This document shows positions 37,187-48,726 of a stretch of 64,000 bases of DNA, piece by piece. Position 1 is the stretch's first letter. Each line of letters opens with the position of its first letter. Made by a program: the position numbers and the translations under genes. This DNA is from Sphagnum compactum (Eukaryota), in contig OZ234493.1 in the NCBI GenBank assembly GCA_965153455.1, positions 20,512,213 to 20,576,212 of the forward strand, read 5' to 3'. Under the pieces are notes generated by a model, which ran no database searches, was not told the origin of the DNA, and saw only the letters and a program-made list of their open reading frames with translations.

Positions 37187-38398
37187 CAGGCACAAAGTTA
37201 TGTAGAAGAATTGAAGATCCAGCTTGAAGAGGCAAAGATTGAAAGGTAACACAAAGAAGAGTGCAAGGCCATCAGAAGATTGATAGCAGCTCAGCCACCT
37301 CGTGTTGAGACCCAGCAGCATCTGAATGATCTTGAGAAAGAACTTGTTGAGATGGAAGTTGAGAATTTTGCAACATCCCGCTCACTGGAGCTGCACAAGA
37401 AGCAATTTGGCCTGCTTCTACATGTGGTAAGTGCCATTAGCTTCAGGGGGATGTTTGTCACAGCTAAGTTTCCTACTTTCTGATCAACCTCATGCAAATA
37501 TAATCTTGCATTGACGGTCAAACTGAAATTTAGGTTTGTGTATGCAGAAGGAAGAGCAGTACTGCATAAATGCAGCACTTTCCTTCACTCAGTACCTATT
37601 ATAGCAATTTGTGACCAATGCAGCAAACAGACTTATAGACCTATTAGTGTACACATCCAATAGATGCACATATGACTTACCCTCACAATCTTGTTGCGGC
37701 TTGAATGAGGATAAAATTGACTTGTTTTCATGAGTGCTGTCTTGTGATTGGTAACCAACATTATGACCAAGCCATCCAGTTGGTCCCAGAAATGTGACAG
37801 AAACTGAAGACACGGATTTTGTATAATGATTTGCCCAAAATTTTGGGTGGATAATTATATACTTTAGCTAATGAAGCCAGTGGGTAGTCATGGCAGCTTG
37901 TCACTGCTGTTCCTGGTGAAAGTGATGGCCTGACACTTTGTGAGTGACTCTCATAATGTTATTACTGCACTCATTGTTCATGTAACCTTCCAATTGTTGT
38001 TGTGGAGATTGTAACTGTGCAGTTTCAATTGATATATATGATCTGGAAATGTAGACTTTAATATGTCACTTGTAACCTGAAGTACAAATTGTGTCGTTAG
38101 TTGCTTGAATAAGTACTGATATATCCCTTTTAGTACATCATGGTATCTGTCTTCAACTTGTGACTACCGTAGGCACAATGTACACAGCATGGGGTCACAT
38201 GAACAATAATTAAACACTTTTGTTGGCACTTTGGATCTGGCCTTATCCCACTCACTCACAGATGAATACTTGGAGGTGACAGGTGGATGAGTTACAGAGT
38301 ACACTCAAGGAGGAGCAGAAAAATCCTGTGGATTTTGATGAACAGCCTTAGTGGAAGCTGAGGGCAGGACTGCAGAGCTGATGTCTGTTGATACATGA
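37187..38398 (+). pseudogene. THO7: THO complex subunit 7 pseudogene (3' half; exons ~37187-37426 and 38283-38398)
   Basis: [36 protein letters not shown]...[27 protein letters not shown] matches the THOC7 C-terminal half. TAA at 37247 lies where Gln is expected, and a frameshift near 38350 displaces the ...ELMSVDT* tail. No N-terminal exons were recognised. Confidence 0.85.
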
Positions 38399-39214
38399 TA
38401 TTTGTAAGCTCATCCTCGTTGAAAGGTGCCAAAAATTGCCAATACCTTCTTCTGACACAAGAGAAGTTCTCATTGTGGTATGGAGAATCACAAGGACAGC
38501 ATCCCTTCTCAAGATGTTTGCTAGAGCAATTGTCAGGTACATTGCCAGGTGTGACTGAGGCTTGATTTTAGTTGAACTCGCTTAGATATCATCTTTGATT
38601 CTCATGTCTACACTGGCAAAAGAGGAGCAAGTGAATGGGAAGTCTCCTGTTGACAATGAATTTAGTTCAGCTATTTCAGGTTTTGAAAATCTTACATTCT
38701 GGAGACTAGGTCTCAGATGAGAAAGCATGGGACTACTGCATTGTTCAAAATTTGCAGAACAGCTTGTTTGTTCCCCAATGTCAATGTGTTGGAGTTTGTA
38801 ACTTTCAGCATGGTGTGATTGATTCCTTTTTATGATCGCCAAACAATTTATTTGGTAATGAGCACACATCTCCCTCTCAATGTTAGACTAGGACATATCA
38901 ATTCCAAAACAGTCAGTAGGACTCACATATATTGCAGCTGGAAGATGATTTGAATGCAAGATGAATGCACCATTGATTGTTTTGCAAAGAGTTTGCATAA
39001 CATGCCTGCTTTTTTCCTTTACAGACAATTGCATGGGTTGCACTACTAGTGACATGAAGCGTCAACAACAAATGTCACACAAGTGTATATACTAGTGTTT
39101 GAGCTTGGTACCGGTGTTGGACATGTTTGAAATTTTTGTGCAAGCCTGTCCTGGTATTGGGTCCTTTTTAAGACTTTCAGGCCAACCTGTTATTGGGTGC
39201 AAGGCTGATTTTTG

Positions 39215-39383
39215 GTTGGTATTAGCTCGTCCTAGAAAGATATGTAGTTGGGTGGAAATAACTTTACCTAATGGAGAAGAAGTTGGATGATGAGTGATCA
39301 TACCTTGTACTCTACATTATAAAATGCAGAAGCCTGAAAAAGATGGATTGATCTACCAAAGAATCTTTGGACCTGTGGAAAGT
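39215..39383 (+). pseudogene. rpoC1: Nuclear plastid DNA (NUPT): rpoC1 5' fragment
   Basis: [52 protein letters not shown] resembles the plastid RpoC1 N-terminus (LASPEQIRxWAERILPNGExVGxVTKPYTxHYKTxKPEKDGLFCERIFGPIKS). Two in-frame TGA at 39288-39293. Confidence 0.9.
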
Positions 39384-42300
39384 ATCAAGGGATTGAAAAT
39401 CGGAAGCAATATTTTAGATTGCATGTATCATGAGCCAAGCCTTACTGATATAGGAAAGACCATGTTCTGTTGTACTGATAAAATGGTTAGCCATGGTTAG
39501 CATACAAAAATTACAAATGGCATTGAAGACAAGCAACAAGGCAGCCTAGAAATAGGGAATCCATAACTTTTCTCAAATCATTAAGGAAAAAAAAAAGCAT
39601 GTCACGACTTGAGGTGAGACATAAGACCAAAGAAATGGGATCTTTTTCTTTTAAAACATTAGTCCTTCTATACATAAGTAAAACATTAAACCTGTTTCAT
39701 AAAAATGAAAATATTTAAATTCGAGTTCACGGCATGTTGGAACTAAAACCTTGTTCACACTATAAAGTGTAGAACCAAAATTTTGAGATTTCTCTATATG
39801 CATCCTAACTAGTTATCAACCTTATAGTTATGGCACATATGACTAGCCATGTTAGGCATACAAACACAAATTGCCCCAATTCGGTAACTTAGGTTTTTAA
39901 AAAAGACATAAAACAAGATACAATTTATTGACATAGATTTGATAAGATAATTAATCTATCAGAATATTATGCAAAATCCAACAAGTCCAACATGAGCTTC
40001 ATTACTATTCACAAATTGTACAGATCTGTTATAAAAGTTTGGGTAACAACAACCTTGGCACGCAAGAGAAATTGGAGTACCTTGAACTTCATTCATAGTA
40101 CCTAAAAAAATAGGATAATTTTTGAAAAGCCATACATTCAGTTTTTGTCTTTAGTATCTTACAATTTAAGGAGAAGATGATTGGCCATGAGTAAAAAAGT
40201 ATAGGAGTCCAACATTAAATGGTTAAGTGATGTTCAAGAATGATAAATTAAACATGTAGTCGTGCGTCAACAAATCAGGTATCAACACCAATTGTAACCT
40301 CCAATTAAACCCTAAGGTTATTTAAATCTCAATTGCGCAACTTTTTACTTGTGTGACTATATTGATGGAGTTTCTAATCCATCCTTTAGATTCCTATGCA
40401 CTTCTAAGTACCACCTAATTGATTTCACATTTTGTCATAAAACCAATAGAATTTGCATACTTTTGTTTAAATGGGGCCTAGAATTGGTCAACTAAGTTGG
40501 TTTAGTTTTGTGCTCATTAATTAAATCCCCATTTGAACATTGAGCTTGACAACATGTAGCAATGTGGAGCTTTTAATTATCATCCCACAAGTGTGCATGT
40601 AAATGAGTCACATGCAAACTAAGTAGATTATCTGGATTCATGCTGCACAACCAAAGACATTGTCTAGAATGCCAAGTCCGACTTTCTATGTGGAATTTGT
40701 CACCAAAAATTGATTTCTAAATTGTCACCAATGCTTTTACAGATTCATTTTCTAGTTGACCAACATTTGATATTCAATGCATGATGCTCCCTGAGATGAT
40801 TTCGACAATACATTGTGAACAAATAAATTTTGAAACAACAAGAACCATAGATAGTTATATTTATAACTTGTTTCCATTTGCTCTTGACCCATCTAGGAAT
40901 TCACAAACATTATGGATCAGGCTCTCATAGGAGCCAATCGAAGAACAACCACAAAGTGCCCCTTTCTTTAACCAATTTGTCTCAATCTTGAGGTCCTGAA
41001 GAAGCCGTTCCCCTCCCACTTTTTGGTACAAGGGTTTACTACAACATTGGGCAGTTTTTTAATTTCTATGAAGAACCTCTGGTTTTCGGTCCTGAAAAAT
41101 AACTTGGAATAATTGTCTGGGTTCTAGTTCTTCAGGGAAAAAAAACACTTTCAGTTCCAGTTTTGGATCCAGTATTTACTAACTGAGACCAGAATCCACA
41201 GTTAACTAACTGGTTCTTACTCACCACAGCTAGTACCCAATCAATACTGGTTAACTACTACTTTCCCTTGAGTCTTTTTAACAGTTTTGGGAGATTTTCT
41301 GGCCATAGTGAACAAGCACTCAACAGCACAACATACAGGTTGGATGGTATGAGGAGAGGACAACACCTTTTCATTGTTTTCTTCTTTTCACATAGCTAAC
41401 CAGGGTGGTTTGTTTTGTACTAACCATTCACATTTATCTAGCTAACTAGGTAGTAATCCCCAAGGTCTTGAGTGAACCAGCACCCAGTTGGTACCATGAT
41501 AAAGATCACAAAATCCATTTAAATTATTTCTAATGCTTAGACTAAATCAGGGGTTTCATGTTCAAATCAAACATTTTGGGGGCTTAATACGGCCACTAAG
41601 AGGCCCCGCTCCAAAAGGTGAAGGTACCAATTTGGGTGCTGGTTCCCCCTGGCTGTCACCAAGTGTGTGACCTCTTCACCTACCTATTTAATAACCACTT
41701 ACATCGCATACCTGCTTACCTATGATACTTGCCCACTTACATAGGTGATTATGTAAGTAGTGTCGGGTGGAAGTAGGAGGGTTCACACGGTAGATTCCAC
41801 CTTAGTTGTGATTAAAATCCACAATTGAGTGGTAACAGGTTCCAATGGATGGAGCACTGGTGGCCGCTGGGTCACACACTCCTCTCTGGCCATGAACTCT
41901 TAGATTACATATCACTGTTTGGCGATTATTTGAATTAAAACATGTACCAGTGGTTTAAAAATTATTCCAGAATCAGAAAAGTTTTGGTTCTTGGAAAATA
42001 AATCTGAATGGAAGAAGTGCCAGTCTCAGTTATTTCAGAGACCTTAAAAAGCCAGTGGCTTTCACTAAGGATCCGGCATTGGACTAGTGGTTTGAAGGTC
42101 AGTTGTTTGATAATTTTCAGCAAATTTGAGAAACTTATTATATACCAGTCTCACCTCTTTGATTGTTTTGAGAGTTGTGATTATGAATACTAAGAACCAC
42201 CCTGATAACCTGGGGGGGAGCCAGTTCCTCTTTGATATTGCCCCAAGCTAATGGATGCACATGTGTAAATTTTGGGTGCACCCATCGAATTGATGGGTTG

Positions 42301-42584
42301 TTTTGAAATCTTACCATCTACTTGTTGAGTTTCTTCTCAAAATATGAATGTTGGGTAACTGATTTAATCATGCCTCTATAGCATTTTATTTTCTTGAGTT
42401 GTCACTTTCCTTTTTGTATCATAATTGTTATCACTGGTAAATGTATACATTAGGCCGTATCTAGGGTTTTGTCTTGCAGTTCACAATTCCAAGAGGATTT
42501 AGTGTGTAACCATTCACAAGATAAAGTACTTTATTGGCTCTGCCTGTAATGGAGAGCCCAGATTAAGTACTTTATTGGCAGAGC

Positions 42585-43362
42585 CATTTGGGCCACACAC
42601 TTTGAGGAATGCTCATTAGGTGTTACTACAAACTGTAAGTTCATTTTTTGAGAAACTTGATGGAAACAGTTCTTATTTTTAACTGTTGCTGGAGGCCACT
42701 TCTAAGTCTGAGCTCTGGTTCTCTTTTTCTCAAAATGTAGATCCTAAGGTGTAGGGACGTGGAACCCGCTGTAGGGAACTGGACCCAGAACTGGCCCAGA
42801 AGTTGGCGGAGCTATTTGGTCCCAAATTTTGAGGAATGTTCAATAGGTGTTGCTACAAACTGTAATATTGCTTTCAAAAACTTGATGGAAATGTTCATAT
42901 TTTAACCCTAGATGGAGTCGGCTTCTAAGTCCAGTTTTCGTTCTCTTTCTCTCTTTTTTTCAAAATTCAGATCGTAGGGTTGGGGACCCAAAACCAGCTC
43001 TCAAGAATGGGACCCAGAACCAGAAGCTGGAGGTCAATTCTAAGTCCAGTTCCAGTTCTCTTTCTTTCAAAATTTAGATCCTAGGATTGGGAACCCCAAA
43101 CCGGCTGTCAAGAATTGGACCCAGAACCAGCTGCTGGAGGCCACTTCTAAATCCAGTTATGGTTCTCTTTCTTTCAAAATTAGGATCCTAGGGCCCTAAT
43201 GGGACCCTAAACCACATCTCAAGAAGCAGACCCAGAACCGGCTGCTGGAGGCCACTTGTAAGTCCAGTTCCAGTTCTCTTTCTTTAAAAATTTAGATCCT
43301 AGGGACCCCCATGGCGACCCAAAACAGGCTCTCAAGAACCGGACCCAGAACCAGACAACATT
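42585..43362. repeat. Tandem array of a ~105-115-bp unit, 5 copies; first two within a ~225-bp higher-order duplication
   Basis: gctggaggccacttctaagtccagtt...tcaaaatttagatcctagg...tcaagaa..ggacccagaacc at ~42688, 42911, 43027, 43133 and 43244. Confidence 0.9.
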
Positions 43363-43477
43363 GGTTTGAAGGTTGAACTTGCCATGAGGAGCAGAGCTGC
43401 ACTATGAGCGGCTCGATACTGCCGAAGCTTTGAACTGGTCACAAGTACGGAGGATTGGTGATCCTCTGCAGTCAACA

Positions 43478-43628
43478 AGTGTCGAGGATCGATCGATCGA
43501 TCCAGTGCTAGACTCGTCTTAAACTAACGTCAAGGATCAGCGGATCGATCGACTGGAGGAAATTCTAGTGTCGAGAATCAGAGCAAACTAGCTAGTACTG
43601 TCGAGGGATCGATCAATCGACTGGATGA
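43478..43628. repeat. GATC-rich short repeats downstream of the ERF stop
   Basis: gtcgaggatcgatcgatcga, ggatcgatcgactgga and gtcgagggatcgatcaatcgactgga. Confidence 0.6.
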
Positions 43629-43999
43629 GACTTGAAGAACAGATACAGTACCATGGTACAAGCGCAACATAAATTTTGGTTTTTGTTTTTCTCCCATATG
43701 GAAGCCGGCCGCTAGCTAACTGGAACTTAATACAAATTTGTTCTTCTAGCAGCAGCAGCAGCAGCAGCTTCGTGATGAAAATGACTTTGGTGGGTGGGTT
43801 ATTTGACTAACAGACTGTAGTGTGTGACTGATGCTGAGTCGACGCGAAAACAGGTTTGGAAGATTGCACAAAGAGACTGCACCACTCTTTGTAAATAGAG
43901 AAGTTTGGAGAATCTTATAATCAGATTAAGACATAGTATAAGTTGTTATGGCGGATGACGACGAGTGTGTGAAAGTACTCTACAAAACTAGAGCAAGCC

Positions 44000-45508
44000 T
44001 CAAGGGCGCTTGGAGCTGCTCCTGCGAAACCCTAGTTTGAGTTCCAGCTCTAATATTGCACTGTCCCGGTCATGGCCGCCAGCAACAAAGTCAGTGGAAT
44101 GTTGATTAGCTGCAAGTCGCTGCAAATGCCCTCCGCTGCCACCAGTTGCCCTAGCAGCTGGTGCGTAAATAAGAACAGGATCAGTAGCTTTCGCTCGTCT
44201 GGTTTCTTCGCTGATCGGCTTTGATCTAGAGCATGGCTGTAGCAAACCTGTACTAGCGTGCCAGGTATTACTACTACTGTTTTGGGTCGTCAGCGGTTGG
44301 ATCCTTAGAACCTGATCTGACAAGACTTCACTCATGATGCAGTCGGCACGAGGACGTCGTCCATGAAAGAAAAGCTCTATGTGTGAGGAGGAGCTGGAAG
44401 ATGGCGATGGTGCACTAGAGCTGCATGCCGCCAGTGGGAGTGGGAAATTGGTTCTCGCCTTGGCTCCGCGTAGCCTCCTAGCAGCAGCGTCGTAGGCGCG
44501 AGCCGCGTCTACTGCTGTGTCAAAAGTCCCTAGCCAATGTCTGCATCTTCCGATGCGGTCGCGGATCTCGGCCGACCACCTTCCCCATGGTCGCTTCCTC
44601 ACACCTCTGTACACTGGCGCGCTCGTCCCTAGTGTGTCATCGCCATCCACGGTAGTACTAGTGCCTGATCTCGACTTGCTATGACTGCTCTCTGCGGGAG
44701 TGAACGCCCTGAGACTCTCCAGAAAGGGAAACAATGCATCTGAGTTTTTCTCGCGCCCACCTTCAGCTTGGGGGGCGTTAGTACAGACTCCCACGCTTAT
44801 ACTCGACCTCAAGCTGCTGCTTTCCGGAGTGAAGGTCGCGGAGTTCGCTGTTTCCGGTGATCGAAGTTTCAAATTTAGGAAGGACTTGCCTGTCATCATC
44901 TGATACGGTTGCTCATGAGCTTCTCCTGCTGGAGTTGTATGCCAAGCCGCATCCTGGACAAGCTTTGGAGGACTGGAAGATGCACAGGAGGAATGGCCAG
45001 CTGGGCGCCAACACTGGACCTGATCACCAGCAGCTGAGCTTCCAAACAACGCACGCTGCCCAACAACCGCAGCGATGCCATCCAAGCCCTGATCACCATC
45101 TGCGACCGCCGCGCTTGTCGACCCTGGGCATTTATGATCGAGTACGGGATCGCGCACTTCGACGTCGAGTGTTCTCTGCAGTACTTGAGTCTGGTCTCCA
45201 AAGCTGTGCACGGAGAAGTCCTGTTCACGCAAAGACGGAATATCGTTCCAGCTACTGAAATCTAAGCTGCAAGCCTCATGGCTTGGTTGCAGCGGCAGCG
45301 GGGAAGAAGCTGGGCTGCAGCACTCAGTAACAGCCTGAGCCGACGAGCACATGGTACAAAAGGGATAGAGAGAGGGGCCCGCACAACGCACGCACGCACC
45401 CCATAGAACTTGCTCGGACTGGTCGTCATCTGCTTCCAGCTCCATGTTGTCACGCCACTTCCGCTTCGAAGACATGGAGGTGCTGAGGAGCATGTCATGC
45501 AGAGCCAT
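44000..45508 (-). CDS. AP2/ERF transcription factor, group VIII ERF084-like, 502 aa, intronless CDS with C-terminal EAR motif
   Basis: AP2 domain [56 protein letters not shown] (~44611-44444). Also [15 protein letters not shown], an NLS-like KRKWR and C-terminal LELELKL. Confidence 0.95.
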   Translation of the reverse strand: MALHDMLLSTSMSSKRKWRDNMELEADDDQSEQVLWGACVRCAGPSLYPFCTMCSSAQAVTECCSPASSPLPLQPSHEACSLDFSSWNDIPSLREQDFSVHSFGDQTQVLQRTLDVEVRDPVLDHKCPGSTSAAVADGDQGLDGIAAVVGQRALFGSSAAGDQVQCWRPAGHSSCASSSPPKLVQDAAWHTTPAGEAHEQPYQMMTGKSFLNLKLRSPETANSATFTPESSSLRSSISVGVCTNAPQAEGGREKNSDALFPFLESLRAFTPAESSHSKSRSGTSTTVDGDDTLGTSAPVYRGVRKRPWGRWSAEIRDRIGRCRHWLGTFDTAVDAARAYDAAARRLRGAKARTNFPLPLAACSSSAPSPSSSSSSHIELFFHGRRPRADCIMSEVLSDQVLRIQPLTTQNSSSNTWHASTGLLQPCSRSKPISEETRRAKATDPVLIYAPAARATGGSGGHLQRLAANQHSTDFVAGGHDRDSAILELELKLGFRRSSSKRP

Positions 45509-45681
45509 TGGGCCGGCCGTGATTCAACCAGCTCGTGGAAGCTGATCAGTGCTGCTGAACTGGAATATCAAACCTCCTACTCGCTATTGAACCACTGATC
45601 AATTATATCGTGGAAGACCCAAGACGCGGGTGTCCACCTATTTTGAGGAAATCAAGGCCGACGGCACTATTACAGAAGCAG

Positions 45682-45769
45682 CTGTAAAACAAAGGAATGC
45701 TGTACTCGACCTCAAGAACGTCTGGAGTCCATTCTCAGCACTCATTTTGTAAAGAGATATTGATCTCAC
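45682..45769 (-). other. Predicted 88-bp 5'-UTR intron of the ERF gene
   Basis: Minus strand AAG|GTGAGA ... TTTGTTTTACAG|. Confidence 0.55.
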
Positions 45770-48284
45770 CTTAGCAGATAGTTAAACTTCCCGGGACAAC
45801 CCGATGGCAGCACACGCACGTCGTCATGAACAAGCACAGAAATCTCCACAAGGAACTGAAACTGAATACTACTTCCCACTTCAATGTCCAGTGTGCAGAA
45901 AGAATCCTGCGAATTAAATGGCTCAAATTATACTACTCTGAACTCCATCAGATATCGATATCAACTAGAAGACACAATTGCAGAAGTAATTTTCATAGCA
46001 CCACCAAATGAGGTAGCTAGCTAGCCAAAAGAGTTGTCCATAGCGAGGGACCTCAGAAGTAATTTCCAAAGACTATATGTGGGATCAATAAGCTGCTTCA
46101 TCAGTTAGCACCAGCTTATACCAACCTTGAGCCAAGCTCCTGCAATATAAACGATTCCAGTGTTGCAGGTGGTGCCAAGACTGACACTAGTAGCTAGGTA
46201 GTAGTACGTGCTAGTAGCAGTCAAGAAGTAGTAGCAGCTAGGAGGAGGAGCCAAGAAGTCTTAAACAAGAAGCTGCTGGAAAAGAAGAGGACTAGAGGAA
46301 GTGGCAAGAGAAGTGGAGGAGGAGGAGGAGGAGGAGAGCTCGATATGGAAGCGAGTGGGCAAGCAAGCAGTCCCCCGCCGTCACTTGTGAGTAAGTACAG
46401 CACTCCATCATTTTATTCTTCCATTAAGGAAAAGCAAAAAGAAGAAAGAAAGAAAGAAAGAAAGAAAGAAGCTAGCTGCTGCTCAGTGGTGTTGATGTGT
46501 CCTAGCTGTGTCCCTGGCCTCCTAATTCCGTGTCTCTCGCTCCCTTGCAGCTTCGCAGCTCTCCTCTCCCAGAGGCTGCTGTAATATATGTGGTGTCAGC
46601 CTTTTTCTCCAGCGCCTCGTAAATGAACCACATGAGCCATTAATAATCAAAGGCTCATAATTATCAATTAACTAATTAATAAATAAAAACAACACCCAAA
46701 TCTTCTTTTCTCTAGAATCAGTGACACACTGCAGCAGCTAATTTGCCTGCAGGACTCATCAGAAGAGTTCTGTTCCACAAAATCTGTAACCCAGAAAAAA
46801 CAAAAAAGCAAAAGCAAAAAACAAAAAAAAGAACAAAATTCATTCTTTCTTAAGAAGTTCTCCACTTTTCAGAACATGGGTCTCCCTCCACAGAATGCAT
46901 ACATTTGGCCAACTTTTTCCAGAAAATGATCAAGGCCTTCAGAAAATCCCAGAAAATAAAAATTGTAGAAATCTTTTTTGAAGGCTGCTAGTATGTATAA
47001 GTGTATGTGAGAGTGGCAATTTTATTTTCCCCCAATTTTGTGATGTAGCTGAACCTTTGAAGTGCTGATCATCTACTATAAGAGGATTTAGCCAACAAAA
47101 TATGGCTATAAACATAATATATGAAAGTGACAAAAAGTTAAGGATCCTTTTGTATTTCTGGCTACCTATTCGAACTCTCTATCTATTTTTCTATCTGTCT
47201 ATCTATATATTTGAAAAGGAGTTTGTGACAGAATATTTCTTTTTATTTTTGAGGTCAAAACCTTTGCAAAATTTCGCCAGGAAAAAATCTACTGTTAATA
47301 ATAATGAATATGGATGGACAACAGAATATTGTTGTTGGATAGTAGCTAGTCAAATGTTTGGCAGCTTGCTCAAATCTTGAATGATGGCTGCTATTCTAAG
47401 AGAACTCAGAACAGGGACAAAAAGCCTCAAGGGCAGATCAGCCCTGCCCAGTATAGAGGAACGAACGGCCGATTGAATGCCGGTCAAACTTCCTTTTGCT
47501 ACCTCCACTTGCACGCAGGAGATTTCTGACGTCACCGGCCTCTTTCCCGGTCTTTGTCTATTGACCGACAAAACGCAAACACGCTCTGTAATAATAGTCA
47601 TAATACTACAACTACCACAATAGTCCACTACTACTACTACTAGTAGGCGGCTACTACTACGTCAGACAAAACAACACGAAACAAGCCTTGCCAGAAGCAT
47701 TGTCTGGACGTCTGGAGTCTGGTCTGGTCTCACTTGTGTTTGCAGTTCTTCCAAATGACAGTAGTAGGAAGTAGGCTAGTAGGAGTCCGGACAGTGTCCT
47801 GTAGTTGGAATGACACCAGAGATATTTTGGGACGTCTTTTACATATCAGATTAATAAATATCTAAACTCTAAACCTAGTTCTGCCTGGTTGATCTTCTTG
47901 ATCTCTGGCAGTAGTTAGATCAGATCAGGGTCTAGCCAGAACAGTAGTGGGCCAGCAGTAGCTAAAAGCTATTACGTAGAGCAACTCCACCAGTGCTCGG
48001 TATGTGACCCTGCAAATTAAAATTGGATGAAGAAAAGTCAAAATGTGCCAGTTGGGCTCAGCAAAATGGTTGGTTTTGGCGCAGCATTTTGGCACACTTT
48101 GCTGAGATCGTCTCCACCAATGATGAGTATGTGACCCTGCACTGGACATCTTGGATGAGGTTCATTAGTCAAATCCAGTGAATCCACTGCACACCTGCTG
48201 GGACCCTGAAAAAATACACCGCTTTCAGAGTCCTGGACGAGCTCTGCACAGTCTAATCAACAGAGTCAAATCGTATTTATTGAC

Positions 48285-48726
48285 TGCTCCCTATTTTTGA
48301 TTGGTTAGATTGTTTCATTGGTCCAAGTGGGTTGGTATTAGTAGTCTCCGACCTACTTGCAGGCCCTGTTTCAGTTTTATGGGTGGGTTTGGAAAAAAGT
48401 TAGTAACTAAAACTTGGATGTGACAAATATTTTTTGCAGGGTCCCATAGAGAGCATTGCTAGAGATACTCTGAGGCTGGTAAAAGGCACAGCCCAGATTA
48501 ACACTTGCTAGAGAAGAGTGTAATAAATATGATCTGGGTGCTCCTCCCTGTTTCTGATTGGTCGATCGTATCGATCTAGGTCCCAGTGCTTTGCAATTAG
48601 AAGTCTCCTACCTATTTGCAGTCCCAGTTTTCATTATATGGGTGGGGTTGGAAAAAAGTAAATTCTAAATTTCTAGGTGAGAAATACTTTTGCAGGGACA
48701 CATACTGAGCACCGCTAGAGATGCTT
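48285..48726. repeat. Two diverged tandem MITE-like copies (~255-bp period) upstream of the ERF gene
   Basis: gattggt...agtctcc.accta.ttgcag...tatgggtggg.ttggaaaaaagt...ttttgcaggg...gctagagat(a/g)ct occurs twice. Confidence 0.75.

Noticed and set aside
42688-43353. Repeat array as a CRISPR
   Set aside because: The context is eukaryotic, the whole unit is repeated with no unique spacers, and there are no cas genes.
45350-45382. miR390/miR529-like target site in the ERF CDS
   Set aside because: Only the CT-rich core matches; pairing to the miRNA 5' region is poor.
47645-47770. Possible miRNA hairpin
   Set aside because: Complementarity is limited to short CTA/TAG low-complexity arms; there is no ~21-bp duplex.
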